A stretch of 64,000 nucleotides of DNA, from the NCBI GenBank assembly GCA_016658885.1, contig GCA_016658885.1_4807.1; one strand, written 5' to 3'. Both the position numbers and the translations under genes were made by a program. The stretch is from a phage. The notes under the pieces are model-generated. The model was given only the letters and a program-made list of their open reading frames with translations. It made no database searches and was not told the origin of the DNA. Of the stretch, positions 7,817 to 16,243 are shown in pieces (position 1 is the first letter of the stretch; the number at the start of each line of letters is the position of its first letter).

Positions 7817-8353
7817 TTATCCGCTGACCTTCCAGTCACCATTCCTTTTATCACGCTTCTTTAACTCCGTTTTAATGACATTATTATCCACAATAACTCC
7901 TAAACGGCGCAATTCACACATGACCTTGTGGCGATATTGTCGAAGCTTTTTGACGTCCATTGTGCTCCTTGAATAAGATAATACCATAAAAATAATATCA
8001 TCATTCATCTTGTAGCGCATACAAGTTTTATAATGCCTTTTGAAAATAGCATTAACGGCATCTGTTTTCAGCAATTCATCCATTAATTCTTGATTCCCTT
8101 CACAGACGTTAATGACCCATTCATCCCTTGATTTTGCCGCTTTCAATCCCCTTAGAGTTAATAACTCATATAATGCCTTTCTGCACTTAGAGCAATCACC
8201 AATTGTCAAACTTGATTCCATTTCTTGAGCATCGGTCAACTCTGTATTGCCTTTGCTGAATTTACCGCACAAGCTGATTTGCTCGCCGTCGTCAAAGTAG
8301 TGGGCAAGTTTTGAGTATCGCGGCTTGCCCCATCCTGCAACGTTACCCATCAC
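7817..8353 (-). CDS. hypothetical early protein (178 aa)
   Basis: ORF track; first gene of packed minus-strand array. Confidence 0.5.
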   Translation of the reverse strand: MMGNVAGWGKPRYSKLAHYFDDGEQISLCGKFSKGNTELTDAQEMESSLTIGDCSKCRKALYELLTLRGLKAAKSRDEWVINVCEGNQELMDELLKTDAVNAIFKRHYKTCMRYKMNDDIIFMVLSYSRSTMDVKKLRQYRHKVMCELRRLGVIVDNNVIKTELKKRDKRNGDWKVSG

Positions 8354-8775
8354 CCCTCCTTAACGACCCGATAAGCAACAATCTTTGCACCAGTCGGGCT
8401 TGTGACTTTATCCCATGTCAAACTATCCGAAGGAACGGCCTCTTTTGATTTATAACCGTTGAGTAATTCAAACTCAACCATCTTCCCAGGCACCGGATTC
8501 TCTCCACCACGCCACACGGTCCACGCTTCATCCTGCTTTTCGCAAGCATCAACATCCACGCCTATAGTGGAAACGACGTCATGTAACTGCTTAACGAGCG
8601 CCGACGCATCACGGACCTGTGAGCGTAATGCAACCAACTCGCGTTGCGCTTCGCTATATTTCTCTTCCAGCGCGGCGTAGTCCTCATATTCAACGTAGCC
8701 GCCTTCATTATCCTTTACAACTTCGCAAGTGCAAGCGTGCTGCGTGCAATAATCAACATCGTAACGTTGTATCAT
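8350..8775 (-). CDS. hypothetical early protein (141 aa) with conserved C-terminal module
   Basis: C-terminus NPVPGKMVEFELLNGYKS...SDSLTWDKV...IVAYRVV is paralogous to the C-terminus of 9924..10430. Confidence 0.5.
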   Translation of the reverse strand: MIQRYDVDYCTQHACTCEVVKDNEGGYVEYEDYAALEEKYSEAQRELVALRSQVRDASALVKQLHDVVSTIGVDVDACEKQDEAWTVWRGGENPVPGKMVEFELLNGYKSKEAVPSDSLTWDKVTSPTGAKIVAYRVVKEG

Positions 8776-9266
8776 TCTAACTTCTCCAAAATTTCAATGG
8801 CAATCTGCGTTTGCTTCTCAAGCGCGAGACGCAACATGTCAATTTGCAAGTCACGATGGGCCAGTTCAGCGGCGATGTCTGACTTGCTGTAAAGTCCTTC
8901 ATGAGTCATGGCATAGATGTGGCGCGTATAATAGCCGCCCTCGTCGAGTTGCTCGATGTCACGTTGCCCGACTGCATATTGGTTATCGGTCGATGGCGCT
9001 TGGTCCTGAATTTTGATTGCTGCCACTTCCTTTAATGAATCGCGTGATGCGGGTCTGTTCTTTTCAAGCATCTTCACTTGGTCGATGCGCTCGCACCAAA
9101 CTGAACCACAGGCTTCATACAACCACTGGCCGCGCCGCTCTTCCCATACAGGTTTTCCCTCATACAACCAAATGCTGCCATTGGAATCGCGCGCAACGAA
9201 TCGCGCACGAGCGTCTATTTCGTATTCTTTACCTTCAAAATTGATGCGCTGCGTTTTGTTAGTCAT
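8772..9266 (-). CDS. hypothetical early protein (164 aa)
   Basis: ORF track; stop/start overlap with neighbours. Confidence 0.5.
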   Translation of the reverse strand: MTNKTQRINFEGKEYEIDARARFVARDSNGSIWLYEGKPVWEERRGQWLYEACGSVWCERIDQVKMLEKNRPASRDSLKEVAAIKIQDQAPSTDNQYAVGQRDIEQLDEGGYYTRHIYAMTHEGLYSKSDIAAELAHRDLQIDMLRLALEKQTQIAIEILEKLE

Positions 9267-9586
9267 TCAAATTTCTCCGTTTCTTTAATACACTGTAATA
9301 CTTCTTCGATGCCAACTTCAACTTGCACATCGCTTTGACGCATCTCATCAATGAAATCATCTTCACAACGTATCGGGTTATGCATCGTTAATATTTCAAA
9401 CACCTCAACGTGACTGACCAGCGGCAAAAGGTGCTTCCTTACTAATTTGATTAAAACGTCGTGCGAGTCCTTGTCTTTTATTTCTGATTCAATATTATTT
9501 TCTTCACAGAAAAGTGACACTGTGTCACCATCCATGAATCCGAACTTAGATGCAAGCGATTGCGCGTGCAAGTGAAGAGTTTTCAT
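9263..9586 (-). CDS. hypothetical early protein (107 aa)
   Basis: ORF track; overlaps neighbours by 4 nt. Confidence 0.45.
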   Translation of the reverse strand: MKTLHLHAQSLASKFGFMDGDTVSLFCEENNIESEIKDKDSHDVLIKLVRKHLLPLVSHVEVFEILTMHNPIRCEDDFIDEMRQSDVQVEVGIEEVLQCIKETEKFE

Positions 9587-9924
9587 TTAACCTTCTCCAA
9601 TTGGAATCTTGTTTCTGGAAAGCCTGCGACAAACATATCACGGCCCTCGACATCACGCTTCACGAACCAACGCATTCCGCTGACTACCGTGAAGACAATT
9701 TGCCTTCCGTCAATAATAAGTCCTTTTGCCTCATAAAGCAAATAGGTCTGACCGACCTTGAAGCTTGACAGTTCTTTGCTTGCGCTGGTGCACTTGAGCC
9801 GCCACTGGGTGAGATTGGATTCGCTCGCCTCGATGTCAACAATCTTACCGCGCAGCGGCGATGTGCGCTGAAGCTCTTTCATTTGCTCGTCGAACGTTAG
9901 CTCACGGCCTTCTTGCTCTTCCAT
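9583..9924 (-). CDS. hypothetical early protein (113 aa)
   Basis: ORF track. Confidence 0.45.
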   Translation of the reverse strand: MEEQEGRELTFDEQMKELQRTSPLRGKIVDIEASESNLTQWRLKCTSASKELSSFKVGQTYLLYEAKGLIIDGRQIVFTVVSGMRWFVKRDVEGRDMFVAGFPETRFQLEKVK

Positions 9925-10430
9925 TATTCCTCCACGACGCGATAAGCGATGATGTCGTCCCCAAAAGGTCTACCAACAATCTCCCATGTCATACTATCCG
10001 AAAGTGCAGGCTTTCTTGATTCATAACCGTCTCGAAGCTTATACATAACCTTCTTGCCTGGTACTGGATTCGAGTCGCTGCCGTCCCATTCAATCCAACC
10101 GTCAACCGTCTTCTTCTCCTTCAAGTGCTCATGCTTCTCACCGATGTGGGCGACAGGTTGACGGCTTCCGTAATAGAATGCCAGGGCGACATCATAGCTT
10201 GGGTGAGTATTCGAAAGACAGATGTCATCACACCAAAGCTCCATGGTGCGCGACTTAAGGGTCATGATATTGATATACCACTCGATGGTGTAGTGGTCGT
10301 TAAGGTTGCCGACGATATAGAAGTTGCGACAAAACACCTTATCGCTATCTGACTTCTCGCGGCGATAGCTTTTGATTGCGCCAGCCTTTACAGCCATTTC
10401 CAGTACTGCTTCGAGTTGTTCTATTTTCAT
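9924..10430 (-). CDS. hypothetical early protein (168 aa) with conserved C-terminal module
   Basis: C-terminus NPVPGKKVMYKLRDGYES...SDSMTWEIV...IIAYRVV paralogous to 8350..8775. Confidence 0.5.
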   Translation of the reverse strand: MKIEQLEAVLEMAVKAGAIKSYRREKSDSDKVFCRNFYIVGNLNDHYTIEWYINIMTLKSRTMELWCDDICLSNTHPSYDVALAFYYGSRQPVAHIGEKHEHLKEKKTVDGWIEWDGSDSNPVPGKKVMYKLRDGYESRKPALSDSMTWEIVGRPFGDDIIAYRVVEE

Positions 10431-10663
10431 TTCTTTGCTCCGAGTTCAATTTGATAGCCGATTGACAATTCATTTTCGCCGATGGTGAATGCATCGACTG
10501 GCTGCGACATCACCGCTTTTAAATAGACCTTCTTGCGTCGCTTCGCCTTGTACAAGCAACGGTCGCCGCTGCGGTTGTAAATATTAAGCCAGGTGCGCTT
10601 ACTAATCTTATACGGCACATGCGGCTTGATGAATAATAAACGGGCCTTAAGATTTGATGTCAT
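10427..10663 (-). CDS. hypothetical protein (78 aa)
   Basis: ORF track. Confidence 0.4.
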   Translation of the reverse strand: MTSNLKARLLFIKPHVPYKISKRTWLNIYNRSGDRCLYKAKRRKKVYLKAVMSQPVDAFTIGENELSIGYQIELGAKK

Positions 10664-10955
10664 AATATTTACCTCCAGCCATATTCTCTTTAATTTCTTT
10701 TAATGCCGCGCGACCTGCTTTTGTCATCACCACGGATGAATAGCGCGTCGGGTCTTTCTCCCCTGGCACCGCCCAATCAACAAGGCCCAACCGGAATAAG
10801 ACAGGGATTGACGGCGCATTGATGTCGTGGAACAGTGATGGCCGCTTTTCATAAGCCTTCTTGCGGTCGCCGCGCAGCATGTATGGCGTTCCATCTTCCA
10901 TTCGGTACAATGTTTGAATTTGCGCTAGGCTTAGTCTCATTGTTGTCTTCTCCAA
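10647..10955 (-). CDS. hypothetical protein (102 aa)
   Basis: ORF track. Confidence 0.4.
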   Translation of the reverse strand: MEKTTMRLSLAQIQTLYRMEDGTPYMLRGDRKKAYEKRPSLFHDINAPSIPVLFRLGLVDWAVPGEKDPTRYSSVVMTKAGRAALKEIKENMAGGKYYDIKS

Positions 10956-11122
10956 ACTGCGTGTAATGTTTTCTGGTCGAACTTGGACAGCGTTTCACGC
11001 TCCGATGCTTTCAGGAAGCGTGTGCCAAAGAACAACATTCCTTGCGGCGTTTTAACGAGCGACACGCCTTTGTTACGGTAAAAGCTTACCAAGGCTGATG
11101 CGTTGTGGACTTCGGTACTCAT
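10937..11122 (-). CDS. hypothetical protein (61 aa)
   Basis: ORF track. Confidence 0.35.
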   Translation of the reverse strand: MSTEVHNASALVSFYRNKGVSLVKTPQGMLFFGTRFLKASERETLSKFDQKTLHAVWRRQQ

Positions 11123-11430
11123 AACTTCCCTCCAAATGTTGCAACACGGATGCCGCGACGCTCGAACGTTAACATCGGGTTAAGGCCGTCAGCGCAAGTG
11201 ATAAACAAATCATCAACGATAAGCTCATATCCGCCAACGTAAAGGATGAACGGGTCATCGCTATTCTTTAAAAGCATGATGGCTGCAATTCCATTTTTGT
11301 TATTGTTAAATCCGTGCACCGTCACTTCACCGACGTTCCTTTCTGTGAACGTTTTAATGGCACCACAGTTCACGGCTTCTTGCAAAGCGTTCAAAACCTT
11401 TTTCTTCATCGCTTCGGTACTCATAATCAA
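11119..11430 (-). CDS. hypothetical protein (103 aa)
   Basis: ORF track. Confidence 0.45.
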   Translation of the reverse strand: MIMSTEAMKKKVLNALQEAVNCGAIKTFTERNVGEVTVHGFNNNKNGIAAIMLLKNSDDPFILYVGGYELIVDDLFITCADGLNPMLTFERRGIRVATFGGKL

Positions 11431-11723
11431 ATCTCCTTAAAAACAAATCCGCTGATAATAGATTGATAGTGTGTCACGCCGCGTATTTCTACGACCTTGC
11501 AACGATGCGCCTGGCCCTTGTATTCTATCCACCATACTTCCATATCAGGAAGGTTGTTTGGTTGCGTAATCCATCCGTGAAACAATTCGTATGTCTCACC
11601 GACCTTAAACGGCTTGAGCACGCCGTAAGAATCATTTCTCAATACGCAGACGACATCTTGGCTGTCTTTGTATACAGCATCATGAAACAGCCCGCTTCTG
11701 CCAAACCTTTCGTCGTAACTCAT
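11427..11723 (-). CDS. hypothetical protein (about 98 aa)
   Basis: ORF track trimmed to internal ATG (MSYDERF) preceded by AAGGAG; the upstream extension is translated repeat DNA. Confidence 0.45.
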   Translation of the reverse strand: MSYDERFGRSGLFHDAVYKDSQDVVCVLRNDSYGVLKPFKVGETYELFHGWITQPNNLPDMEVWWIEYKGQAHRCKVVEIRGVTHYQSIISGFVFKEI

Positions 11724-11770
11724 AATCAATTCTCCTTTGCTTGATGAACTAAGTATAATACAGGCAAATA

Positions 11771-11800
11771 AAAAGGCAAGCATTTAGCTCACCTTTTTGA
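11771..11800 (-). promoter_or_regulatory. conserved 30-bp intergenic element (terminator-like hairpin), copy 1
   Basis: AAAAGGCAAGCATTTAGCTCACCTTTTTGA identical to 13274..13303; about 50 nt upstream of the next minus-strand start. Confidence 0.45.
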
Positions 11801-11801
11801 A

Positions 11802-12062
11802 TTAAATATTCTTCGCCTCTTCGTGGAGGCCGACCGACCTTAGTTTACGCCGCAAGTAAGCTTTCTTCTCGCTTTCCCGTCCGGCTGGAGTAACGCGCCA
11901 GCGTAATGTGTTCTCCAGATTCTTGCGTCGGTTGTGCTCGTCGAGTAGCTCTACCAGTGCCTTTGCATCGTCGAGTGTTAACACCACGGGCCGCGACCCA
12001 TTAACGGCTTGTCGAAGCTTCCGCGCGGCAACGGCCAGCTTAGTCATCGGACCCTTGTTCAC
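11802..12062 (-). CDS. hypothetical protein (86 aa), basic
   Basis: ORF track. Confidence 0.45.
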   Translation of the reverse strand: MNKGPMTKLAVAARKLRQAVNGSRPVVLTLDDAKALVELLDEHNRRKNLENTLRWRVTPAGRESEKKAYLRRKLRSVGLHEEAKNI

Positions 12063-12442
12063 GGCAACTCCTTATTCATCGGCGTTATGGACAGCACCTT
12101 CACTTCAGTGATGTCACGGTTGTATTCGCGCTTGATTTGTAGAATCTGGGATTGGATGCGCGCGATAAAGTGCCACGTGATGCCTTCCTTAACGTTAATC
12201 CAATCCGCAAGTTGAATTGAGTCGATTTCACTTCTCAATGTCATCGGTCTGTAAGCAGCACTTGGTGCACCATAAGCAGGCTGTGTATCGTAAGCTGAAT
12301 ACTTGAATGACACCAAGAACATTCTTTCTTCAAGCTGACTCTCGCTATTAGGATTCTTATCACAATTAGCCATATGCTGCACGAACTCTTCATGCGGAAG
12401 ATGCATCACATCGTGGCAATACGGACAACGTTTCATTCTCAT
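12059..12442 (-). CDS. hypothetical protein (127 aa) with putative zinc-binding motif
   Basis: CPYCHDVMHLPHEEFVQHMANCD Cys/His cluster. Confidence 0.45.
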   Translation of the reverse strand: MRMKRCPYCHDVMHLPHEEFVQHMANCDKNPNSESQLEERMFLVSFKYSAYDTQPAYGAPSAAYRPMTLRSEIDSIQLADWINVKEGITWHFIARIQSQILQIKREYNRDITEVKVLSITPMNKELP

Positions 12443-12675
12443 TTTGCATACTCCATAGCATATTGCTGCAGCTTAAATGCAGCCTTTTGTAATTGTTTAC
12501 GACGCTCATTCAATTCTTTCCATTCTTCTTCAGGGCAATTTAGAGAGTAGGCCTTGTTTGCAATCTTGATTAGTGATAAATGCGTTTGTTGAAAGCGCGA
12601 CACCATGCGCAGCTCGTTACGCTTGTTGAATGACAACTTACCCAGCGCGGCATTCATAATTGCACCTCGACACAC
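12439..12675 (-). CDS. hypothetical protein (78 aa)
   Basis: ORF track. Confidence 0.4.
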   Translation of the reverse strand: MCRGAIMNAALGKLSFNKRNELRMVSRFQQTHLSLIKIANKAYSLNCPEEEWKELNERRKQLQKAAFKLQQYAMEYAK

Positions 12676-12971
12676 GATTCACTAGCCTCGAAGCTCCAGC
12701 CTTCCAGACCGACTTCGCCGCTGCAGCGCACCTTTGCGCAACCAGTCATCAGCCATTGGTGATACTTTTCGAAGTATGTCGGCTTTTCTGAGTAACAATG
12801 GACAAGGCCATCATTGTCAATGGCAACGTAACGCGTCCAAGGTGCAACGGGTACAACTACGTCGGGGTGCGCCTCTGGCCAAGGCTTGATGTGTACAGCT
12901 GTGTTTAATTCTACGTTTAACACGCTTCCTAACCGCTCGTCTTGTTCCTGGTCGATGCCTAAGTAAATCAT
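12654..12971 (-). CDS. hypothetical protein (about 105 aa)
   Basis: ORF track trimmed to ATG at 12971 preceded by AAGGAG. Confidence 0.45.
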   Translation of the reverse strand: MIYLGIDQEQDERLGSVLNVELNTAVHIKPWPEAHPDVVVPVAPWTRYVAIDNDGLVHCYSEKPTYFEKYHQWLMTGCAKVRCSGEVGLEGWSFEASESCVEVQL

Positions 12972-12973
12972 AA

Positions 12974-13222
12974 TCACAACTCCTTGAAAATAGCCAATGC
13001 GCCTGAATCTGGCTGGCAGTGACGCTTCAAAATGTAGAAAAGACCGCTTGGAGCTTTCCAAACGTCATAAGTGACGTGGTTCTTACTTCCTTTTGATCCA
13101 AATTCAATCCAAAAAGTATCTTTGTATGGATAATCAGATTGACAGATGACATATTTACTTCCTTCTACAGCCTCATTCAATCCTGCACTGATCAAGCACT
13201 CTGCATTTACATAATGTTCCAT
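12974..13222 (-). CDS. hypothetical protein (about 82 aa)
   Basis: ORF track trimmed to internal ATG (MEHYVNAE) preceded by GTGAGG. Confidence 0.45.
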   Translation of the reverse strand: MEHYVNAECLISAGLNEAVEGSKYVICQSDYPYKDTFWIEFGSKGSKNHVTYDVWKAPSGLFYILKRHCQPDSGALAIFKEL

Positions 13223-13273
13223 AATAACCTCACTTGTTCGCCTTGATGAAAAGAGTATAAGTATTGATAAAAG

Positions 13274-13303
13274 AAAAGGCAAGCATTTAGCTCACCTTTT
13301 TGA
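13274..13303 (-). promoter_or_regulatory. conserved 30-bp intergenic element, copy 2
   Basis: Identical to 11771..11800. Confidence 0.45.
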
Positions 13304-13306
13304 TAT

Positions 13307-13639
13307 TCATTTTACATAGTGGAGTAGGTCAATCTCTATCTCGTGCCTTGTCCTTGTTATCTTTGTATCACCCGTCCGGTGAGAGAATTGATAGAAGAAA
13401 GAGTCTTTGTGAGCACCTCGTTCAAACATCACACTGGCAATTCTGCAACCGCATATTGCATCAAGCTTCGCTCCGTTAGACAAAAGGTTGAATGTCAATA
13501 CAGTGTTATCCATCTTTGCGTTTTGCTTGATGCACTTCTTTAAGAAGTAATAAGAATCAGCAAAGGCATTGGCCTTCTTCCATACTTCTTTTATCAATCC
13601 ACGCTCATGCGCGGCGAGTATCTGATCACGGGTCACCAC
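13307..13639 (-). CDS. hypothetical protein (110 aa)
   Basis: ORF track. Confidence 0.45.
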   Translation of the reverse strand: MVTRDQILAAHERGLIKEVWKKANAFADSYYFLKKCIKQNAKMDNTVLTFNLLSNGAKLDAICGCRIASVMFERGAHKDSFFYQFSHRTGDTKITRTRHEIEIDLLHYVK

Positions 13640-13872
13640 TGCACCTCTGTTATTCCGGTTATACGAACGATTACGGTGTCATCCAAATTGAACTGCTGCC
13701 GCGCGACGCGCTTGATGTCGTCCTTAAGGTCCGCAATCAACTCCCTTGTTAACACTGTACGCTCTGAAACGTCATATTGAACGTCAAAGGTATACTCGCC
13801 ATAAAATACCGCGCCATTGGGAAGTTGTACGACATAGAATGCCATGTACATCGCATTGATATAATCTTCCAT
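13633..13872 (-). CDS. hypothetical protein (about 79 aa)
   Basis: ORF track trimmed to internal ATG (MEDYINAM) preceded by GGAGA. Confidence 0.4.
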   Translation of the reverse strand: MEDYINAMYMAFYVVQLPNGAVFYGEYTFDVQYDVSERTVLTRELIADLKDDIKRVARQQFNLDDTVIVRITGITEVQW

Positions 13873-14150
13873 CACACATTCTCCGACTCTTGGTGATATT
13901 TCACAAGCCATTTTTGATATCGAAATAAGCAATCGCAAGCCTTTTTATTGCTTTTAAATCTTTCTAAGAAAAGAGTGTCAACTCCCATTATTAATGCATC
14001 GTCAAAGCTCGAACGACCTACCAGCCACAAGCTATAAGTCTGAATGTCCAAACCGTAATTTCTATCAACATTCAAACGTACTTTTAACGGCCTTTCACCT
14101 TGCTCTTTTTCAAATTTCGCCAATCTTTCGTTGAAGGTATCTTTATTCAT
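13872..14150 (-). CDS. hypothetical protein (92 aa)
   Basis: ORF track. Confidence 0.45.
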   Translation of the reverse strand: MNKDTFNERLAKFEKEQGERPLKVRLNVDRNYGLDIQTYSLWLVGRSSFDDALIMGVDTLFLERFKSNKKACDCLFRYQKWLVKYHQESENV

Positions 14151-14504
14151 TTACACATTCTCCACGGGTCGACGAATGAGTTTGCGTAATCCTTCGGGCC
14201 AGACCTTCTTAATGACGGCCTTTGCTGGGCTGGATGAAAGCTTCTTCAGCTTCAATAGGACACATCCTTCATCATCGTTCGGTTGCACCTGGATAACGAC
14301 TCGCGCTTGTCGGTCGATGACCATGACATCCCCAACGCGAATGTCTTTCACCAACACGCCCATCTCCTTCGTGCCGGATACGCCAATCACGTGGTCGCAG
14401 CGGACTCGCGGCGGTAGCAATGTTCCGCCTTCAGCCATCTCACGCACACGCTTCTTGATCTCTGCGCCATACAGCGTTTCATCTTTAACATGAGCCATGG
14501 TCAA
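14151..14504 (-). CDS. hypothetical protein (about 115-117 aa)
   Basis: ORF track; TTG at 14504 or ATG two codons in. Confidence 0.45.
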   Translation of the reverse strand: MTMAHVKDETLYGAEIKKRVREMAEGGTLLPPRVRCDHVIGVSGTKEMGVLVKDIRVGDVMVIDRQARVVIQVQPNDDEGCVLLKLKKLSSSPAKAVIKKVWPEGLRKLIRRPVENV

Positions 14505-14656
14505 CCTCTGATTTGTGACACAAAACGTTTATAATGTTCTTTGGCTAAGACGCGTGCACGCTCTTTTGTATGGCCGCTGGCTTCAAGTACGCGGCGAAGC
14601 TGCTTGATTGCGTCTGCTTTACTGATCTTGTTATCTTTGAACTGAAATTTATTCAT
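14501..14656 (-). CDS. possible small basic protein (51 aa, MNKFQFKDNKISKADAIKQLRRVLEASGHTKERARVLAKEHYKRFVSQIRG)
   Basis: Hand-translated; ATGA overlap with the upstream gene stop and 4-nt overlap with the downstream start. Confidence 0.35.
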   Translation of the reverse strand: MNKFQFKDNKISKADAIKQLRRVLEASGHTKERARVLAKEHYKRFVSQIRG

Positions 14657-14874
14657 GCTTCGCAAGCTGCCTTAATTTGACGTGGAGTAACGATGACCAC
14701 TTCACCAACCAGTGACTTGTCATCTTCTTTTACCGTATCGATTCGAACGCGATAGTGATTGCGACCACGCGAATCAGTAAGGTATTGATCCAGCTCAAGG
14801 ATGGTGCCTGCGCGCATATTCTGTCCTGACATCCAACGGATGCGGTCCCCAGCCTTAAGAGTTTTCTTTCTCAT
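14653..14874 (-). CDS. hypothetical protein (about 73 aa)
   Basis: ORF track trimmed to internal ATG; the longer form overlaps 14882..15160 out of frame and is Arg/Cys-rich. Confidence 0.4.
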   Translation of the reverse strand: MRKKTLKAGDRIRWMSGQNMRAGTILELDQYLTDSRGRNHYRVRIDTVKEDDKSLVGEVVIVTPRQIKAACEA

Positions 14875-14881
14875 CTTCAAC

Positions 14882-15160
14882 TCACTTATAGTATTTAAAC
14901 ATTGCCGCGCAAAAGTCTTGCATGGCATTCTTAATCTGCTTCTTGAACAACGGGTCATGCATCGTTTCAATATTCGTCTTAATCCGAACGTGACCGATAA
15001 CATCAAACGCAGTCGCTGGCATCGGCTCATAGATTTCATGATCGTTCAAGATTATATCTAGCTTTGACTCAGAAATCACGGGATAATTCTTGCCAGCAGT
15101 AAATTGGTCATCAATAGATGATGTGCACTTGACAAAGAATACTTTGTATGTAGTAATCAT
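14882..15160 (-). CDS. hypothetical protein (92 aa)
   Basis: ORF track. Confidence 0.45.
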   Translation of the reverse strand: MITTYKVFFVKCTSSIDDQFTAGKNYPVISESKLDIILNDHEIYEPMPATAFDVIGHVRIKTNIETMHDPLFKKQIKNAMQDFCAAMFKYYK

Positions 15161-15366
15161 AGAGAATCCTTCGGGCCGCAGTAGCGCCCGTCCAGGTAGC
15201 GGTCATATTGGATTAAAGCAAATGTTTTTAGCGAAAGGTTACGGCGCTTAAACAGATGACCAGTTGCTGGATTCTGCTCGTGCGCCGTTGGATAAAGGCG
15301 TGACAGGTAGTGGATGAGGACTTGTAAAGCCCTACGTTGATTTGTTATTCTCCCCTGTGTATTCAT
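15157..15366 (-). CDS. hypothetical protein (69 aa)
   Basis: ORF track. Confidence 0.4.
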   Translation of the reverse strand: MNTQGRITNQRRALQVLIHYLSRLYPTAHEQNPATGHLFKRRNLSLKTFALIQYDRYLDGRYCGPKDSL

Positions 15367-15556
15367 GGCTGAATCTACCCTCTGTCAATATCCGGTCATG
15401 GATGACTATACCAGTGCAGCGCAAGCGGTTGGCATTGCTTCGCGCCTTTGCTGCTTGATGAGGATTGAACAAGCCAAACAAACTAGCCTTAAAAGCAAAC
15501 TGGTAATATTTGATTAAGGTACTAAGTGCTAACTCAATCCTGTCTAAATTAATCAT
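15332..15556 (-). CDS. hypothetical protein (74 aa)
   Basis: ORF track. Confidence 0.35.
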   Translation of the reverse strand: MINLDRIELALSTLIKYYQFAFKASLFGLFNPHQAAKARSNANRLRCTGIVIHDRILTEGRFSHEYTGENNKST

Positions 15557-15595
15557 AATATCACCTCGTCAGAAAAGCAAATATTTTGATGATAA

Positions 15596-16243
15596 TTATC
15601 CTGTGGCCTGCATATTGCGTACATACTTCTGCTCTAATGAATAGATGAAGTCGGCGACCGTAAATCCCTTTGTGTGCCATTCATACATGGTGAAGCCTGT
15701 ATTCAGGAAATAGCCGCGCACCTTGTCCATCGCTTCAGCTTCCTCCATGGAAGCCATCAGCGCGGCGACGTTGTCATAAGAAGGCACAAATCCCTTCTTG
15801 CGTAGCGCATTGCGCAAATCTTTAGTTCTGAATCCAATCTTGCAAGGGTCATCGCGCCCAGTGGATGATGCAACCTTCGGTAGCGCAAGGAACTCTTTAA
15901 GGAACATCGCAATGTTCAAGTCGCCTGCGTCATCAAGCTTCTGGATTCGGTTGCGACCGCGCCCCTTGAATTCACTTGCACGAGGGTGAGCGCCAAAACA
16001 GTGCGCCCCTTCCAGTTTAGGGTCGATGATCATTACATCTTTACCAATGCGCAGCTCTACGTAGTAAAGATAAGACTCATCGACAAGCTTTGTGCGCTTG
16101 CAAGTGATTGAGTCCTTATCATAACCAAAGCCGCGCAACACGGTTGAAATCATCCGGTTCATTTCTTCGCCGTGAACATCACTTTCTTTGTTCAGTTCAC
16201 CAAGATGTTGAAAGAATTTAGCGATGTTGATTGCTTTATTCAT
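15596..16243 (-). CDS. hypothetical protein (215 aa)
   Basis: ORF track; immediately upstream of the primase-helicase gene. Confidence 0.5.
   Translation of the reverse strand: MNKAINIAKFFQHLGELNKESDVHGEEMNRMISTVLRGFGYDKDSITCKRTKLVDESYLYYVELRIGKDVMIIDPKLEGAHCFGAHPRASEFKGRGRNRIQKLDDAGDLNIAMFLKEFLALPKVASSTGRDDPCKIGFRTKDLRNALRKKGFVPSYDNVAALMASMEEAEAMDKVRGYFLNTGFTMYEWHTKGFTVADFIYSLEQKYVRNMQATG

Noticed and set aside
14875-15039. Long form of ORF 14653..15039
   Set aside because: The N-terminal 55 aa are Arg/Cys-rich and overlap 14882..15160 out of frame; the internal ATG at 14874 gives a non-overlapping gene.
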